Source of the DNA: Ginkgo biloba
Taxonomy: Eukaryota > Plantae > Ginkgophyta
Direction of reading: 5' to 3'
Assembly (NCBI GenBank): GCA_024626585.2
Contig: JANKJI020000002.1
Location: forward strand, 77,053,429 to 77,074,031
DNA length: 20,603 nucleotides
The translations under genes and the position numbers were made by a program. Below, piece by piece: positions 1 to 9,785 of the stretch; positions within the stretch are counted from its first letter, which is position 1; every line of letters starts with the position of its first letter. The notes under the pieces are model-generated. The model had not been told where the DNA came from and did not search any database. It saw nothing but the letters and a program-made list of their open reading frames with translations.

Positions 1-136
1 TTGCTCCATCTCGCCATACTTCCTTAAGGACTAAGTTCTCTTTATTTCGTATATTCTCTATAATATTTTTAACTTCAAAATCAATGGATTACAATTTCTT
101 CAAGATTTTGAATTCCATTCTTAAATCCTTTCCTAG

Positions 137-148
137 GATTTGATACCA
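137..148 (-). mobile_element. Degenerate tRNA-iMet primer-binding site of an LTR retrotransposon
   Basis: Minus strand reads TGGTATCAAATC (canonical TGGTATCAGAGC). The plus-strand context gatttgataccac-tataa matches the common GCTCTGATACCAC-TGTAA PBS/LTR junction. Confidence 0.6.
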
Positions 149-149
149 C

Positions 150-1016
150 TATAATTGTCTTATCTTCTAAACTTGCATTCCATTATAGTTAAGATTTGTA
201 AACTATATAATTTCCAGAGTATAAGTGCATGGTAAACATTAATTTATAATAGTTAATATTTAATACATATACAAAGTATAAATACATATCAAAAGGTAGG
301 CTATTAGGAATAAGGTAGATTAGGTAGGTTAGCTTCAACATCTACTATTAGTCATCATAAGTTGCCTAAAGGGTCTATTTGGTTTGTATCCAAACCTTGG
401 TAGTAACATAGTACCTACCGTCATGACTTAGNNNNNNNNNNATTACTACTTTTTAATATTTCACCTCTTAACCTTAATAAATATGGGTGCTTGGTATAAG
501 TATTTTTAGAACCTCTCTTTGTCATTGGGATAGTCGCTTAAATGAGATGTACATCTCTAACTACCACAAATATTTATAATAGCATCACTAATTTCAATAC
601 AAGAGTGGGCATAAATAAACGTGTAGTAATACAAACTTGTAATCTGAAATTATACATATGACCTATTATGATTACTACCATAACTTATAACATCAGAGAA
701 TATATGAGGGTTCTCAAGGTTCTAACCTTACCCTCACAACTAATTTACCTAAACATATGCATAAATGATGTTATGTCCCTATTGTAACTACAATCTAATT
801 GTAACTAAAGGGAACTCTTAGTTTTGAAAGGGTGTCAAAATATCTATATATAAGAATAAATTCTTGTAACATGGCATCAAATGTAATGATATCTCTTTTA
901 TTCCTCATATTCATGGGAGAACATTTGGTAAAGGGGTAGTTAAGTGCACTATGAATCTTTATTAATTTCCATTGTAGTTTGTTACTATTTAGTAAGGTTA
1001 TGTTTGGACCCTTACA
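150..1016 (-). mobile_element. Putative 5' LTR of a minus-strand LTR retrotransposon
   Basis: On the minus strand it begins TGTAAGGGTCC (1016) and ends GACAATTATA (150; TTACA with C>T), 1 nt before the PBS. A TATA-like CTTATATATAGA lies at ~843-854. The 1016 boundary is inferred from the terminal motif only. Confidence 0.45.
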
Positions 1017-1284
1017 ACAGACTAGTTATGAACGACCTGCTAGTCACAAAGATGATGGTCGTTTAGTGGAGGGTAGTTAAATCCATTTCCCATGCTTCCC
1101 CCATGTTTTGTTGTGATGACAACTTTGAGTTTTTTATTGTTAGAAGTGATGGTCTGATCAAAGTCATGATGCCCCCACACTAGAGAAAGTATCACATCGT
1201 GCTAAATATATAATATGCCACATTTATTACTAATTTTAATTTGATAATAAGTATAGTTTAACACATTAGTTACAATTGTCCATT

Positions 1285-1464
1285 CTGGTCACAAGATACA
1301 CTAGTCACAAGACATTCAAAGCCAATTACAAGACATGCCGATTGCAAAACACTCAATGCTAGTTGCAAGACATCTCGGTTATAAGACACTCAACATTAGT
1401 AGCAAGACATGTTGATTGCAAGATTGTTAAAGCTAGTTGTAAGATGTGTTGGTTACAAGACCTC
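1285..1464. repeat. Minisatellite of alternating 16- and 21-bp units (37-bp higher-order repeat), core YYRGTYRCAAGAC
   Basis: Ten units read directly: ctggtcacaagataca / ctagtcacaagacattcaaag / ccaattacaagacatg / ccgattgcaaaacactcaatg / ctagttgcaagacatc / tcggttataagacactcaaca / ttagtagcaagacatg / ttgattgcaagattgttaaag / ctagttgtaagatgtg / ttggttacaagacctc. Confidence 0.9.
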
Positions 1465-3257
1465 TGGTGTGTTGCACTTGTAGTTAACTCTTTTTTCTTT
1501 TTTTGACATGTAGTGACAAGGTTTTGGCTTGTTGCCATTGACTAGCTTGGGTAACAATTTCCCATTTAATTCTTGTAATGAGGCATAACCATTATCATGC
1601 ATCGTATGAATTTAATAAGGTCTTAGCTATTGCATCTTTAATTTGCTAGGTTTTGTTTGGACCTCGCTATCATACATATGTACCATATCTCCATTCCTAA
1701 ATTTTGGATCATGGATNNNNNNNNNNNNNNNNNNNNNNNNNNNNNNNNNNNNNNNNNNNNNNNNNNNNNNNNNNNNNNNNNNNNNNNNNNNNNNNNNNNN
1801 NNNNNNNNNNNNNNNNCCCCAAGTGATAGCCCTGTTGAAATAAGAGCCTGGTTACATGACCCCAGTGATTATGCTCACCAACACACCTCAAAAGGTTTGT
1901 CATGACATTATTCCATCATGCACCCAAACATTCTAAGATAATAACATGACCAAAATAAATACGCAAAGATACATAGAAGTAATGACAAAATATTTTTAAC
2001 TAAAGAAACACTCTCAGGGAATAAAACTCCAGGTGAATTAAAATCAAAATATTACATCGTTATACAAAATCCTATGTTGCTCTTCTTCATTCTCAAAAGT
2101 CAATACATTTAATCATGAGATAATTTAATAGGACGGTCCACTACCCCTAAACCACAAGTTGTCTCTCTTGGTGAATCTGCTTAACTCTCAACGATTACCA
2201 ACTGCTATGGCCTTCCACTGGCTGATATCCTTTCATGTCCTCCCTAAGTTACCTCACTCGATGTTCTATCAAACCCTTAATTTTTATCTTTAATATTTGT
2301 CTTTATCTCAAGTCCTCTAATCTTGATAACTCTTTTAACAAATAACCCTTCAACACTCGAACTCCCTCAACTAAGCATTCAATTATCCAACCCTTTCTTC
2401 TACAAGCCATACTAATTTAACTAGTTAACCCTTTCTCATTTTCAAACTGACTTTTATAGTTGAATTTTAATGATCACAAATAACTAGTGCACAATGTCTC
2501 CTTTGGATCCAAGTGATGGATTAGGTGAGCATTTGATGCCTTCAATGGATTTCGGCCATAAATTCCACACAATAGCTCTCTAGAGCTTAGTCCTATTCTC
2601 CCTTATCTTTCCCAACCACTTGGTAGATAAAATATTAAATGCACTTTCCTACTAGTAACACCCATATATGTGCTTCCCTTCTCTATCCTTTTGGTGTATC
2701 CATCTAAATTAAATTATTTATTTAAGTCAAATAGGACACTACTCTCTGAATTTGGTCATCTAACATAGCTTCTCCATTTATTATCCCAAAATCATATTGG
2801 TGTCAACTTCTTCTCATCCAACGATGTTGGTTCTCCATAATGCATGTTAAAGTTGGTCACGTATTGCTTGAGGATGTCATCTATCCTTCACAACTCTATT
2901 AGCGCTATCAGTTGTCAATATTTCTTATAGATTTAGTTTTGTTCAACGATGTTGGTTAATGCTTGTCACATTTCCTATGGTGTTAGTTTATGATTATTCT
3001 ATGTCGACGATGTTAACCTCACTTCTCCTGCTCCAATAGTGTCGGTGATCATCCAATAATGTTGATCTTCACTTCTTAATTCCACAGANNNNNNNNNNNN
3101 NNNNNNNNNNNNNNNNNNNNNNNNNNNNNNNNNNNNNNNNNNNNNNNNNNNNNNNNNNNNNNNNNNNNNNNNNNNNNNNNNNNNNNNNAGAGACCCGCAT
3201 CTTATAGTGTTCTATGGTTCTACTTATGAGTCTTCCCCTTATATGTGTACGTAACCA

Positions 3258-4078
3258 TTCGAGATTCACCTACATGGCACGATATTGGATCACTTAGGCG
3301 GGTGCCCTTTTGATATTCCCCCTTTTCTTTATATTTTGGGATGCTTGTAACTCCTCAAAATTATAAGGCGTGTCGCCATCCTGTAGAGTTTTGGAGCTCG
3401 GTCCATCTTCTAATTTTCCCGAAGGATTCTAAAAGTTATTAGGAGGGGGGTCACGAGATCATGCTAAATGGTGTGATCTTGAGGCGATTGAATTTGTCAT
3501 ATTTTGAACATGTATTTCTTACTTTGTGCCCTGTACCTCTACAAACATATAAGATTTGGACACGTGGTGACATCTTGTGCAATTTGAGCCCGTAACCTTT
3601 TTGGGATGCCCTTTTGGTTTTACTCCCTAAATTTGAAAGTGCTCAAGATCGAGCCAAGTGGTAAAATCTCATGGCTCCTTGAGTCTATATTTTCTTTGGG
3701 TTCTATTCCCTTCTTTAATTCCCTTACTTGTTCTAACGTGTAGTTTGTAGGCATATGAGATGATAATGAGTGGTGGCATCTCGTGACCTTTAGAACTCAC
3801 AACCTTATTGGGTTGCATTTCTTCTTTCAGGATAATGCCCTTTGCAAGTGCTTCAAGATCCATACACGTGGCATGATATCATGCATATGGGGCTCGCAAC
3901 CCTTTCACCAAAGTATTTTAAAGTATTTTACAAATGCGAGAGGGTAAGCTATGAGATCTTGCCACATGGCATAATCTCACAGATTTAGGCCTTGTGTTAT
4001 TTACCAAGCAGAATTGAATGCTTATAGTTATGATGTAGAGGAATAACATGTGATCTTGCCATGTGGCACCATCCTATA
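3258..4078. repeat. Degenerate ~97-bp tandem array with a 32-bp imperfect palindrome (consensus ~CACGAGATCNTGCCACGTGGCANGATCTCGTG)
   Basis: Palindrome copies start at 3258, 3354, 3452, 3548, 3642, 3754, 3852, 3950 and 4047 (spacings 96, 98, 96, 94, 112, 98, 98, 97). Confidence 0.8.
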
Positions 4079-4775
4079 AATTTGCACAACTTCACAAACA
4101 CCCATGAAAATCACATTTATACATATACACATGAAAGCAAATGGGTACATGGTGCATTTCAATAGAACATAGATTCTTCCCTTTAGTATTATTAAGGAAT
4201 TTCTAGATAATTTTATCGTGTTCATTTTAATAGAGTCATCTTTTGAGGGACATGGATATACAAAGCATTATGGTACTTGGCCATCACATGAAGGCAAATT
4301 AACAAGGGGATTCATTCACACTCAAAAATTGAGATGGACCCCTCCTAATAATTGGATTTCAAGTGATGGAGTGGAACTTAGACACAAAGGTAACCTTTGG
4401 CAAACTTTTAGTATCCTAGAGGATCGGTTTAGGTTTGAAAATTATTTCGAATGCCTTAAAAATCACTTTAGAAAAAAGGGGGTTCCCAATTTACGAGCTA
4501 AAAATGGGGTGTGTTGGGGTAAAACAAGATTGTTTATTAAGACAAAGATAGTAGGGACCAGAGTGATGTGCCATCCGAACCATTGGAGGGNNNNNNNNNN
4601 NNNNNNNNNNNNNNNNNNNNNNNNNNNNNNNNNNNNNNNNNNNNNNNNNNNNNNNNNNNNNNNNNNNNNNNNNNNNNNNNNNNNNNNNNNACTTTGCATT
4701 ATGAATTGAGGGCACATGTTATAGATTTACAGTCACTCACATGGTGGGACAATCTCTCTTCTCTTTATCATACGG

Positions 4776-5414
4776 CCAAGAGGGCCCAACACGCGATGCC
4801 ACTTTTAGACTCTTAGAGTCTTGCATCACCTTAGGGCACTAAGCCCCCCTTTTTTTCTGAGTGCCATACTACCATAGGCCCTAAGAGTCATGATATCTCA
4901 CCATGTGGCATAATCTTATGGCTCTTAGGTCCTGCACCACATTGTGCCTTCCCTAGAATCATACCACTCCCATGAGGAAGGGTCTCATGAGATCTTTCCA
5001 TGTGGCATGGTTCCATGATCCTGGTCCTCACAGGCCCTTTCACTCTTCCTTGGGTGCACACCGTGGGCTATAGGAACCCTGCAATGGTGTTAGGTGGCAC
5101 CATCACAAGGATGGAACCCCGTGAGCCCTTACCTTTAATACCCCTTAGAGAATCTCTCTGTAAACTTTGTAGGTCATGGGGGATCTGTGATGGTGTTACA
5201 TGGTGCCATCACAAAGATGGGACCTCGTGAATGCTCCTTCATACTTTATTGTGCTTTAGGTGCCCCACGAGAGGATACCCAAGGGGATGCCACCTATCAA
5301 CTCTTCGGAGGATCTATGTAAAAAACACTTCACAAAATACCATGTAAGAAACACTTTTCACATAAAAATTAATAACTTAAAGCACAAAGGGAGGCCACAT
5401 GGCATACTCCTGTG
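4776..5414. repeat. Second array of the same G-box palindrome family
   Basis: Clear copies at ~4889, 4986, 5078, 5184 and 5383; weaker copies at ~4776 and ~5278. Example: catgagatctttccatgtggcatggttccatg (4986-5017). Confidence 0.75.
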
Positions 5415-5714
5415 AAGCACAAGATTTTATTATTTAAACTTTTGGAACGCTAAAGGATTTTTTGTAATTCATAAATTGGTGTGTTATTTTTTCATGAGGA
5501 GACTATATGAGAAGGCTACGAATATGCAGGGGGGAAGATTTAGTGGCATTGCATATGGGTGAATTGATGGAGGGAGGATTTGGCCATAGGGACATTATTA
5601 GAAAACCCCACAGGAATCCTCAGGTTTATGCTCGAAAGAAGTGGGTCCCCATTTGCGACTAGAGAATGGGGTGTAGTGTTTGAGGCAACAAAAGGCCCCA
5701 CTACTTAGAAAAAA

Positions 5715-6081
5715 TAGGGAAGGATAAAATAATTCCCAGACAGACTAGGGAGGAACCAATAAAAATGGATAAGGGATAGGGGACTGGGACTAGGAATGGG
5801 GTTAGAATGAGAGTGAGGATAAGGACAAGACCTTAGGACAGAGTGTCACTCAAAGAGGGGGACAGGACTGGCACAAGAGACCAAGGATAGAACTTAAGAT
5901 CTCAGGAATAGGAGCATAACATTTAATGTTGATGCAGTGGACCTCAGGGATAGGGAGATCGAGGGATGTAGGGATCATAAGAGGATGTAGGGAGAGGGAC
6001 GTAGGGAGATAGGAGGATAGGGACACAGGGAAATGAAGAGAAGAGATGGGAGATTTGGGACGTAGGGAAATAGAGAATATA
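5715..6081 (+). repeat. Purine/G-rich low-complexity tract with GGGAC/GGGAT and GGAYGTAGGGA motifs
   Basis: Repeated gggatgtaggga, ggatgtaggga and gggacgtaggga (twice) at 5962-6068, and gggac/aggac motifs at 5770-5870. Strong purine strand bias. Confidence 0.7.
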
Positions 6082-6699
6082 NNNNNNNNNNNNNNNNNNN
6101 NNNNNNNNNNNNNNNNNNNNNNNNNNNNNNNNNNNNNNNNNNNNNNNNNNNNNNNNNNNNNNNNNNNNNNNNNNNNNNNNNTTCGTCTGTCTACATAACC
6201 ACCCTACCATCTAAGACCCCTCTAGGCATATTGAAGCTATATACATGCCTCTTGATTATGTGGTTAATTATCTTCTTGCTGTGGTAGTACTGTCACCATA
6301 TTAGGGGGTTGTTAATTGGCACTTGTTGGTTGACCCTACTATTGTTGGTACCTTTATGTACCTTGGTTATCCCATAGAAGATTAAACTCTTATCCATTAC
6401 TTCTCATTGAACTACCATCATATTCTTAATTGACTAAGCCAACTAGTCTATAGTCAAGAGAAATAATTACTCTAATATAGCTTTATGCCCAACTAACTAA
6501 GGAGGGACATGTGTGTTTACTAACATTGGCATTGGCTAAGGTTGAGGTAGATTAGAGTGCAATGCAAGTACATATTAGGAAGCGTAAACCAAATATAGAT
6601 CTAAAACCAGATCATATAGCACTAGAGGTTAGGCACCCTAAGGTTGTTTGATGGCTTTAAAATTATGATCCTAAACTCTAATATCTGCTTAGGAGATAA

Positions 6700-7030
6700 T
6701 ATTCATGTCATCTTCAAATGTTTAGACATCTTTAATTATTTCTTCCAAGGTCATTGGCTTGTTATGCCATAAATTCTAGTAGGTTGCAACGTGAAGGCCA
6801 TTCAAAAAATAGGCAACAAGGTTTGTAAATTCACCAGCGATTCCACTTTCTATCAATAAGTGTTAAATTGATTAGCATATGCTTTGCAAGACACTTCTAC
6901 CCTTAGAAAATTCCCCAAAACTTATTTAAGGTTTATTGATTTCCTCCTCACAATGATCATCCACCAAAAATTTCATAAAGAATGATGCTCATTTTGTTGA
7001 GAATTCTTCTACCCTAGAAAATATCCTCCT
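6700..7030 (-). pseudogene. Ty3/gypsy-type retrotransposon gag fragment (degenerate)
   Basis: Manual minus-strand translation gives ...KAYANQFN... and LVAYFLNGLHVATY*NLWHNKPMTLEEIIKDV*TFEDDM (6820-6704). This fits the Retrotrans_gag C-terminal pattern FxxGL...KPxTLEEAIxxAxxxE. Stops and frameshifts are present. Confidence 0.65.
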
Positions 7031-7730
7031 AGACATTTTTATGCAAAATTTNNNNNNNNNNNNNNNNNNNNNNNNNNNNNNNNNNNNNGGGAATTTTAGT
7101 CACCTTATCTTGAGGAACAAAATATCTAAGAAAAAATTGGAAACAAATAGATTAAAATATTTAAATCATAACTTACCTCTAATTAACACATGGCAGCCTA
7201 TGATTAGGCCACATTCATCCACATCAACACCCTTTCCTCTTCGTCTCTTAAAAATATAAATCTAAATCTATGATATTCTTAATTTTATTGGGAATATTCT
7301 TAATTTTATCTATGATAATANNNNNNNNNNNNNNNNNNNNNNNNNNNNNNNNNNNNNNNNNNNNNNNNNNNNNNNNNNNNNNNNNNNNNNNNNNNNNNNN
7401 NNNNNNNNNNNNNNNNNNNNCCTAAAAATCCAAGTTACTTAAAAGCTACTACCAAACATTGAACCCCTACAACATTTATCTCGTTGGGCCATTCGTTTGT
7501 TGTTGGTCGACTGTGCATGGCACACCATTATTCTTCTCCTCATGACATGGTAGTTGAAATAAGAGGGAATATTTCAATTCTCAAGAACGATTTACGATTA
7601 TATTTGCTCCCATGCATCATCTTGGCCCATACCCATTTATAGTAGGCTAAAAGTGAGGTAAGTAACAAAGTTATTAATATTGTAGAAGTGAGTTCGTCTT
7701 TCCTAGCAAGTATAGGCTTCTTGTTGGATT

Positions 7731-8000
7731 CTTCCCTAGTCCTTGGTGAGTCAAGGTGACCCAAGCAAGGAAGGAAAGGTATATTCCTTAGATTTGCTTG
7801 CCAGTGGGAAGCACTTGACTAAGGAAGGGAATACGTGGTGGATGCCGATTCATTCGATGTCTTATTAATTGCTTCCCTAGTCCCTAATAAGTTAAGGCAA
7901 TTCAAGCAAAGAAGGGAAGGCATATTACTTAGATTTCCTAATTTCCTAGCCATTGGGGAGCGCTCGATTAGGGAAGAGAATATGTGACAAACATTAATTC
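7731..8000. repeat. Diverged ~141-bp tandem duplication (TE-internal)
   Basis: cttccctagtcc...caagcaaggaaggaaaggtatattccttagattt...gggaagcacttgactaaggaagggaatacgtg from 7731 aligns with cttccctagtcc...caagcaaagaagggaaggcatattacttagattt...ggggagcgctcgattagggaagagaatatgtg from 7872. Confidence 0.85.
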
Positions 8001-8149
8001 ATGTACTGGGGTTATGCATAGAGCTAATTTATGACAAAAGCTAAAATGAAATTGATTATTCTTCAAAGGAAGTCAATTCTAATTGAAATATTGCCCAATG
8101 TACCTCGAAATATTTTTTTTCTTAGCACATCCTTATCTAATTAACACTT

Positions 8150-8480
8150 CCCTTGATAAGGGATAATTTTAGCTCGTTTATCATTCATGAGTAGAATATT
8201 AAGCAACACATCAGTATAATCTATTAACACTATATCACATATGATCTTATCTTTGTACAGTTTGATGATGATGAACTCAAAGGTTATCTATATAATGATT
8301 CAATTACTGTCATCCTTGGTCTTGCCATTGATATTATATGGGTTTAGATGATCACATAACTCTAGCCCCAAATCATTCACCCTCAATGAAGACACTAAAA
8401 TATTATAGATTCCATTGTCTAAAATCATTTAAACCACTTTATTTTTCACTTGAAGCTTTAAACTAAATAACTTCCCTCTA
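8150..8480 (-). pseudogene. Ty3/gypsy retrotransposon aspartic protease (degenerate)
   Basis: Minus translation: KLFSLKLQVKNKVV*MILDNGIYNILVSSLRVNDLGLELCDHLNPYNI...KIICDIVLIDYTDVLL...NDKRA. It matches the plant gypsy protease pattern LFxxxxQVK..xxxDSG..NLIS..V..LGL...HP.PY...CDVV..D..D.LLG. The catalytic D(S/T)G appears as DNG. Confidence 0.85.
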
Positions 8481-8599
8481 TCCTTATTGTTGTCCTTGGT
8501 ATTGATTAAGGTGATTAACAGATCTCGTTTATCTGAAATAATGATAATTTTTTTAATCTATTTTCTACCCATCGACCTTTTCTAATGTAGATTCCTACA

Positions 8600-9240
8600 T
8601 GGCTTATCTAGATGTAGTTTGGGGTAATTAACTTTATCATGAATTATATTCCCACAGTGCCCACACTTCTTCAAATATTTAAAACCTATCTTATTCTCAT
8701 CCTTGCCGAAAGAAGATGGAGGAGAAGAAGTGTTTTTCTACTTGCCCTTCCCTAGAAAGGCTCAAGGAGTCTTCTAGTGCGCTTTCACCTTGGAAGTAAA
8801 CTAATATGCTTCCTATATAAAATGGAGTGGGAATAATTATGGAGTCTAACATCAAACTTAGCGCCATCTTCTCCTTTAGCTCCTTTATCTCTAAACTGAT
8901 GGAGAGGTCCTAAAATTACTTTTAATAATCATTTGATTAACTTGCTTTCTGGCATAGATGTTACCACTTGAGATAAAGCTCATCCTTGTAGCCTAAAGGA
9001 TATAAATTCTTCCTTAGCTCTTTGAAATCCAACCAAGATGAAATGGGGTCTTCCTTTAAAAGACTCCCACCGTAAGACTACTTTCTTCAACATCCTCAAG
9101 CGATCATGAATAATATATTTATATAAACTTGGAAAGAATAGTATATCTTAAAGGCTTGAATCCATGATTTAAATGACTCAACATTCATCCTACCATTAAA
9201 TAATTTAATCTAAACATTAGAATCCACCCAAAAAGGGGTC
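8600..9240 (-). pseudogene. Ty3/gypsy gag with degenerate CCHC zinc knuckle
   Basis: Minus translation: TPFWVDSNV*IKLFNGRMNVESFKSWIQAFKIYYS, then PISSWLDFKELRKNLYPLGYKDELYLKW*HLCQ (gag motif YPLGY...KWQxLRQ), then KKCGHCGNIIHDKVNYPKLH at ~8612-8671 (Cx2Cx4Hx4C with last C>Y). It is colinear with the protease downstream and the PBS upstream. Confidence 0.85.
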
Positions 9241-9773
9241 TATCCTAAAGATATATTTCTAATTGAAAGAGAAGGAGGTAAAATATTATGAGAAGGAATA
9301 GATGTAGAAATAAGAGGACGTGGTTGTGAAGAAGTCATCATTAGTGGTNNNNNNNNNNNNNNNNNNNNNNNNNNNNNNNNNNNNNNNNNNNNNNNNNNNN
9401 NNNNNNNNNNNNNNNNNNNNNNNNNNNNNNNNNNNNNNNNNNNNNNNNNNNNNNNNNNNNNNNNNNNNNNNNNNNNNNNNNNNNNNNNNNNNNNNNNNNN
9501 NNNNNNNNNNNNNNNNNNNNNNNNNNNNNNNNNNNNNNNNNNNNNNNNNNNNNNNNNNNNNNNNNNNNNNNNNNNNNNNNNNNNNNNNNNNNNNNNNNNN
9601 NNNNNNNNNNNNNNNNNNNNNNNNNNNNNNNNNNNNNNNNNNNNNNNNNNNNNNNNNNNNNNNTATCTCAACCTCTAGGCCTAGATATATATCTCGTATA
9701 TACCATAAGAAAGAGAAATTTTTAGAAATGGATAAAGTATGTAAATTGAACTTCTCACTCCAAAAGAGTAATT

Positions 9774-9785
9774 GCTCTGATATTA
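9774..9785 (-). mobile_element. Degenerate tRNA-iMet PBS of the 8150-9240 gypsy element; LTR edge at 9788
   Basis: Plus strand gctctgatatta-at-tgatg corresponds to canonical GCTCTGATACCA-AT-TGATG with CC>TT. Position and orientation upstream of gag are correct. Confidence 0.75.

Noticed and set aside
1178-1515. Complete small CACTA element (CACTAGAGAAA at 1178 to TAGTG at 1515)
   Set aside because: The TIRs match little beyond CACTA, the flanks differ (CCA vs ACA), and related repeats occur left of 1178.
1817-2810. Possible minus-strand LTR (TATA-like CTATAAAAG at ~2451-2459, end resembling TGTTGACACC)
   Set aside because: No intact TG..CA termini, PBS or second copy is visible.
2818-3066. 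Four CRAYRATGTTRR motifs (~2819, 2944, 3005, 3054)
   Set aside because: Short, irregularly spaced TE-like motifs with no further structure discernible.
4218-4709. 163-aa ORF
   Set aside because: It has a GTG start, no domain signature, lies in the repeat-element tail and is extended by an N gap.
3258-5414. CRISPR array (palindromic repeats with regular spacers)
   Set aside because: Repeats are far too degenerate, some linkers are related to each other (tandem-duplication origin), the context is eukaryotic TE debris, and there are no cas genes.
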